Below, piece by piece: positions 60,580-64,000 of a stretch of DNA of 64,000 nt. The stretch lies in assembly GCA_052426225.1 (NCBI GenBank), contig JBNJNM010000012.1:496001-560000 (forward strand), read 5' to 3'. Source of the stretch: Zancudomyces culisetae HAW-14-8. Its lineage: Eukaryota > Fungi > Kickxellomycota. Each line of letters begins with the position of its first letter. Position 1 is the first letter of the stretch. The position numbers were made by a program, and so were the translations under genes. A model generated the notes under the pieces. The model was given only the letters and a program-made list of their open reading frames with translations, searched no databases and was not told where the DNA came from.

Positions 60580-62336
60580 CACAATTGGCTCGTAGATAAC
60601 ATTGTATCGATAATCAAATAGTGTGCTTAGGTTTTTTCTTGATTAGCAGAACTGCAATGTTATTCTCTAGATGTTTATCTTTTGTACATTATCCTTTTAT
60701 CGCGCTGTAAAGGCATACTTTACTAGTTGTAAAATTTATTTTTTATGCTCTGGTGAATGTATTAAATTTATATATTTTAGCCGCCATAATCCATATAGAA
60801 ATGATATATGCACTCACATTTTAGCAAAATTGGTTCATTTTTAGTTGTATTTGTTTTGGCAAAGCGATATAGTATATCGTAGTAACATTTAATTAAGAAA
60901 CTTGAGCAATACGCAATTGCTGGAAGGGGATATGTATCTGCTATTGATATGCTTTTAGATTCCTAAAAATGGAGTAAACGATAATTAACATGGTCAATTT
61001 TCCCCTCCCCCTGATTAGTGATATCCATACCTTTACAAGAGCAAATAATTAATACTCGTTTTGTCAAAAATTCTGTTTGGTGGTTCCAACTTGACCCATA
61101 CACCAATACCCTGTTATGACCATTTCAAAAATGAGAAATCGATAAATCCCTCTTACGACCATTGGTTACTCTAAATTGCTTTTTCTTTGTGGTTCAATAA
61201 ACAACCCTAATTTAACCAATAAGGACGGTTAATGACCTATTCAGCAATTTTATATAATTGTCAGTATTATTGATGATGATAGATAGCATCGTATACCTAT
61301 TATTATTGTTGTTGGATTGATAGAATTAGCTTCTGTTTGGTTGGCACAAAACAAAAAACACAGTAGTGGATTAAAAGCAGGTATGGTATGTACAGAATTG
61401 TGGTACCATAAAAAAAGAATGAAGTGTAAATTGAGCAAATGTGTTAAACTGCAATAGTGTTCTGGTTGTAACTTCACGGGATCAAGGGGTTTGTTTTACA
61501 ATTGTCTTTGTGTAATCCTGGTGTAAAACCATCTCCTAAGCTCATAGTGTGAAGGTGGTATACCCAGTATATAGTTACATAATCCACGATGAAAATAGAC
61601 ATGAGTTTGTGAATAACATAAATCAAAGTTTGTAGACTATATCAAAAAATACATTGTTAAATTGAAAAGTACAAATAACAACTAATGAAATATAACAAAT
61701 TTAGTTAAAGTTAGACGAGGATATTATCGCTACTAACTGAGAATCAATCACAAGATACACAAGGTATCAAATAGTATCGCGAATAAACTGCGCAGGAAAT
61801 CAAGTTTAGTGTGTATTAACATTTTGCATGTATTAAGAGTGTGCAAGCAGCTTATTGTGATACTTTGATCTTCGGCCACGAATGAAGCTTCTTTGAGCAT
61901 TTTATTGAGGATATGTTATGTATTTTCACCTTACCACATACTCAGCTAATATTGTTACTTTCATTATCAGTAAGCTTCAAAATATACTAAATCTAAAGCT
62001 TTCGATTGTTATGAAAAATAACGCGACTTATTACAAACCAATGTTTGTTCTATGATTTTATAGCCAGTATTATCGATTCTCAATTATTGGCACATTTTAC
62101 TTTATAATGGGTAAAGGATAAAATTAAAAAAATGCCATTAAAATAAAAATTGTGCAATGGTTTGATGTCCTGATTCTAATATACAAATTTAATAATTGGT
62201 TCTTTACGCTTGGTTCATAAGGGTGTTTTTATTCTTTTAGTTTTTTGGTTTGTTGGAATTTTTAAAATCATCAAATAAAAGAAATAGAATCTGGGAATTG
62301 CAAAAAGAGATTTAGAGTAACTATTTAACGGCTTAC

Positions 62337-64000
62337 ATGAAAGTAAAAGAGATGCCAAACATGGAGTCCAAACTTCAAAACGATGAGGAGGGTAAAACCA
62401 TAAAAAAGGCTAAAATCGAAATTCTCAAGCGTAAAGAGAGTAAACCAAACCACATCGAAATTCTCGAATGTTATAAAAACAAAGAGTTTATTGAAAAATT
62501 TAGAAATGTATTCTGTGATAGTAACTTTTCAGAAAATCAAAAAGAGATTAGAGCGGGGGTCATAGAATTTCCGGAAAAAGACATAACAGTAGATGCAATA
62601 GGCACAGTAATTGGGTATCCATTTCATGTGGGAGTATTGAGCAATGTATTCGATCCAAAATTCTTGAGAAAGCTCAAAAAGGAGCTAAAGGAGATTCAAT
62701 GGCACCGCAGGCTAAACGATTTGTATGATTTTTACCAAACTGATGATTTGGGATACATGATCAGTGGTAAATATGAAAAAATAAAACAACTCTATCACGG
62801 ATTATGCTCAGAGGAGTGTATTACATTTATGGAACAGCTTACAGGGACAGAGCTGCAACGAGGAAGAATAGATCTTGCGGCACAGCAATATGAAGAGGGT
62901 GGCTTTCTCTTGTGTCATGATGACTTTGTCACGGGAGACAAGTATTCGAGGAAAATAGCATTTATACTATATTTGGTTGATGAAACTTGGTCCGAAAGAG
63001 ATGGAGGGGCACTAGGGCTTTTTTCAAAGTAAGAACAAAGATCACCATATAAAATAACCCGATATTAATTAACTCTATAATTGCGCTATTAATAGAGACA
63101 AAGATAACTGTCCAGTGAAGGTCGTGCGAAAAATATCACCAAAATTTAACACACTTGCGTTTTTCTTGACGGGAGAGAGCTCGTATCACGAGGTTCAAGA
63201 GGTTTTACGGAACGACGGAGTAGCCCGGTGGTCAGTTACAGGATGGTTTTATGGTATTAACAAAAAAAAGACTGAAAACGATCCAATGGCGTGTGACGAG
63301 TTTAACAAAAAATACCAAACACTGTCGATTCCTAGACCCATAGAGGCAACCGTTAGCAGCGAAAATGACGCACTGTACGCAGCAGAGAATTTTATAAATG
63401 AAAGATACCTTAAAAAGGACGTAATCGAAAAAGTTTTAGATAAATTTATCGAAAACAGCTGCATAGAGCTGCACAGTTTTTTGAAAGATGATGTATATGC
63501 CGATTTTATTTCGGTTATGGGAGGAACAGAGGGGGTATGGAGTGAAAACTATGTACTTCCGCCTAACCTGAGGCGCTACAATGCACTACTCGAACCAGAA
63601 TGCTATAGGAAAATAGCACAGAAATCCAAAAAAACTATGGAAACTATCGCATTTTTGAAATCCAAGCACTTTTCGAACTACCTATCCGCTATCACTGGGT
63701 TAGAATACTCCAAGGCTATCTATGAATTTAGAAAATTTGACACAGGAAGCTACACTCTACTACATGACCACTACTCAGAACCCAATGGTTTGGATGTAAT
63801 TTTCAGCTTTATGCCATTCAATAGCAAGGATGATTCGTCTGGACTTTCTGTAGCCACTAGTGTCTGGGATGATGATTCATGGGGAGGTCTCACTCACTAC
63901 ACTGATAGTGTTGATGAACTTAAGCGGTTTTCTCCTGGCGCAAATAAATTGGTGTTAGTTTATCGGGATACTGGAGTCAAAAAGTTTGTTAGATACACCA
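62337..64000 (+). CDS. TPA1: Tpa1/Ofd1/OGFOD1 prolyl hydroxylase (3' end outside the window; intron 63029-63095)
   Basis: DLYDFYQT, FLLCHDD, RKIAFILYLV..W...DGGALGLF, SYHEVQEV, RWSVTGWF, and second-domain YTLLHD. Confidence 0.9.

Noticed and set aside
61250-61605. Possible small gene between BRR6 and TPA1
   Set aside because: No recognisable motif or consistent exon structure.

Overview
Eukaryotic, very AT-rich genomic DNA with short GT-AG introns, most likely fungal. The GH19 chitinase and composition suggest an early-diverging Kickxellomycotina/Harpellales-type fungus, but this is inference only. (1) 155-29975: an intron-containing tRNA-Tyr(GTA) gene, followed 7 bp upstream by an unbroken ~29.7-kb stack of about 20 TG...CA-bounded units separated by only 0-9 nt. 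The stack holds four full-length Ty3/gypsy elements (E1-E4; 4-bp TSDs at E1-E3, tRNA PBS, FIDD/FVDD RT, no chromodomain) and solo LTRs of several families. It also holds six copies (A, B, B', C, D, E) of an unrecognised 0.62-0.85-kb TGTCG...CGACA unit. This unit carries a stop-less Ser-rich ORF under clear codon-level purifying selection, overlaid on a covarying multi-hairpin RNA structure. It is the best candidate for an undescribed system: new insertions hit its 3' terminus, and inward-facing pairs bracket E2 and E4. (2) 30000-49900: AT-rich DNA with decayed elements, including a tyrosine-recombinase pseudogene, a truncated chromovirus with a -1 frameshift signal, a complete self-priming TRIM, a gypsy pol relic and a possible tRNA-derived SINE. 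(3) 50200-64000: host genes KRI1, an intronless secreted GH19 chitinase, Brr6/Brl1 and TPA1/OGFOD1 (runs off the window). All coordinates and difference counts were read by eye.
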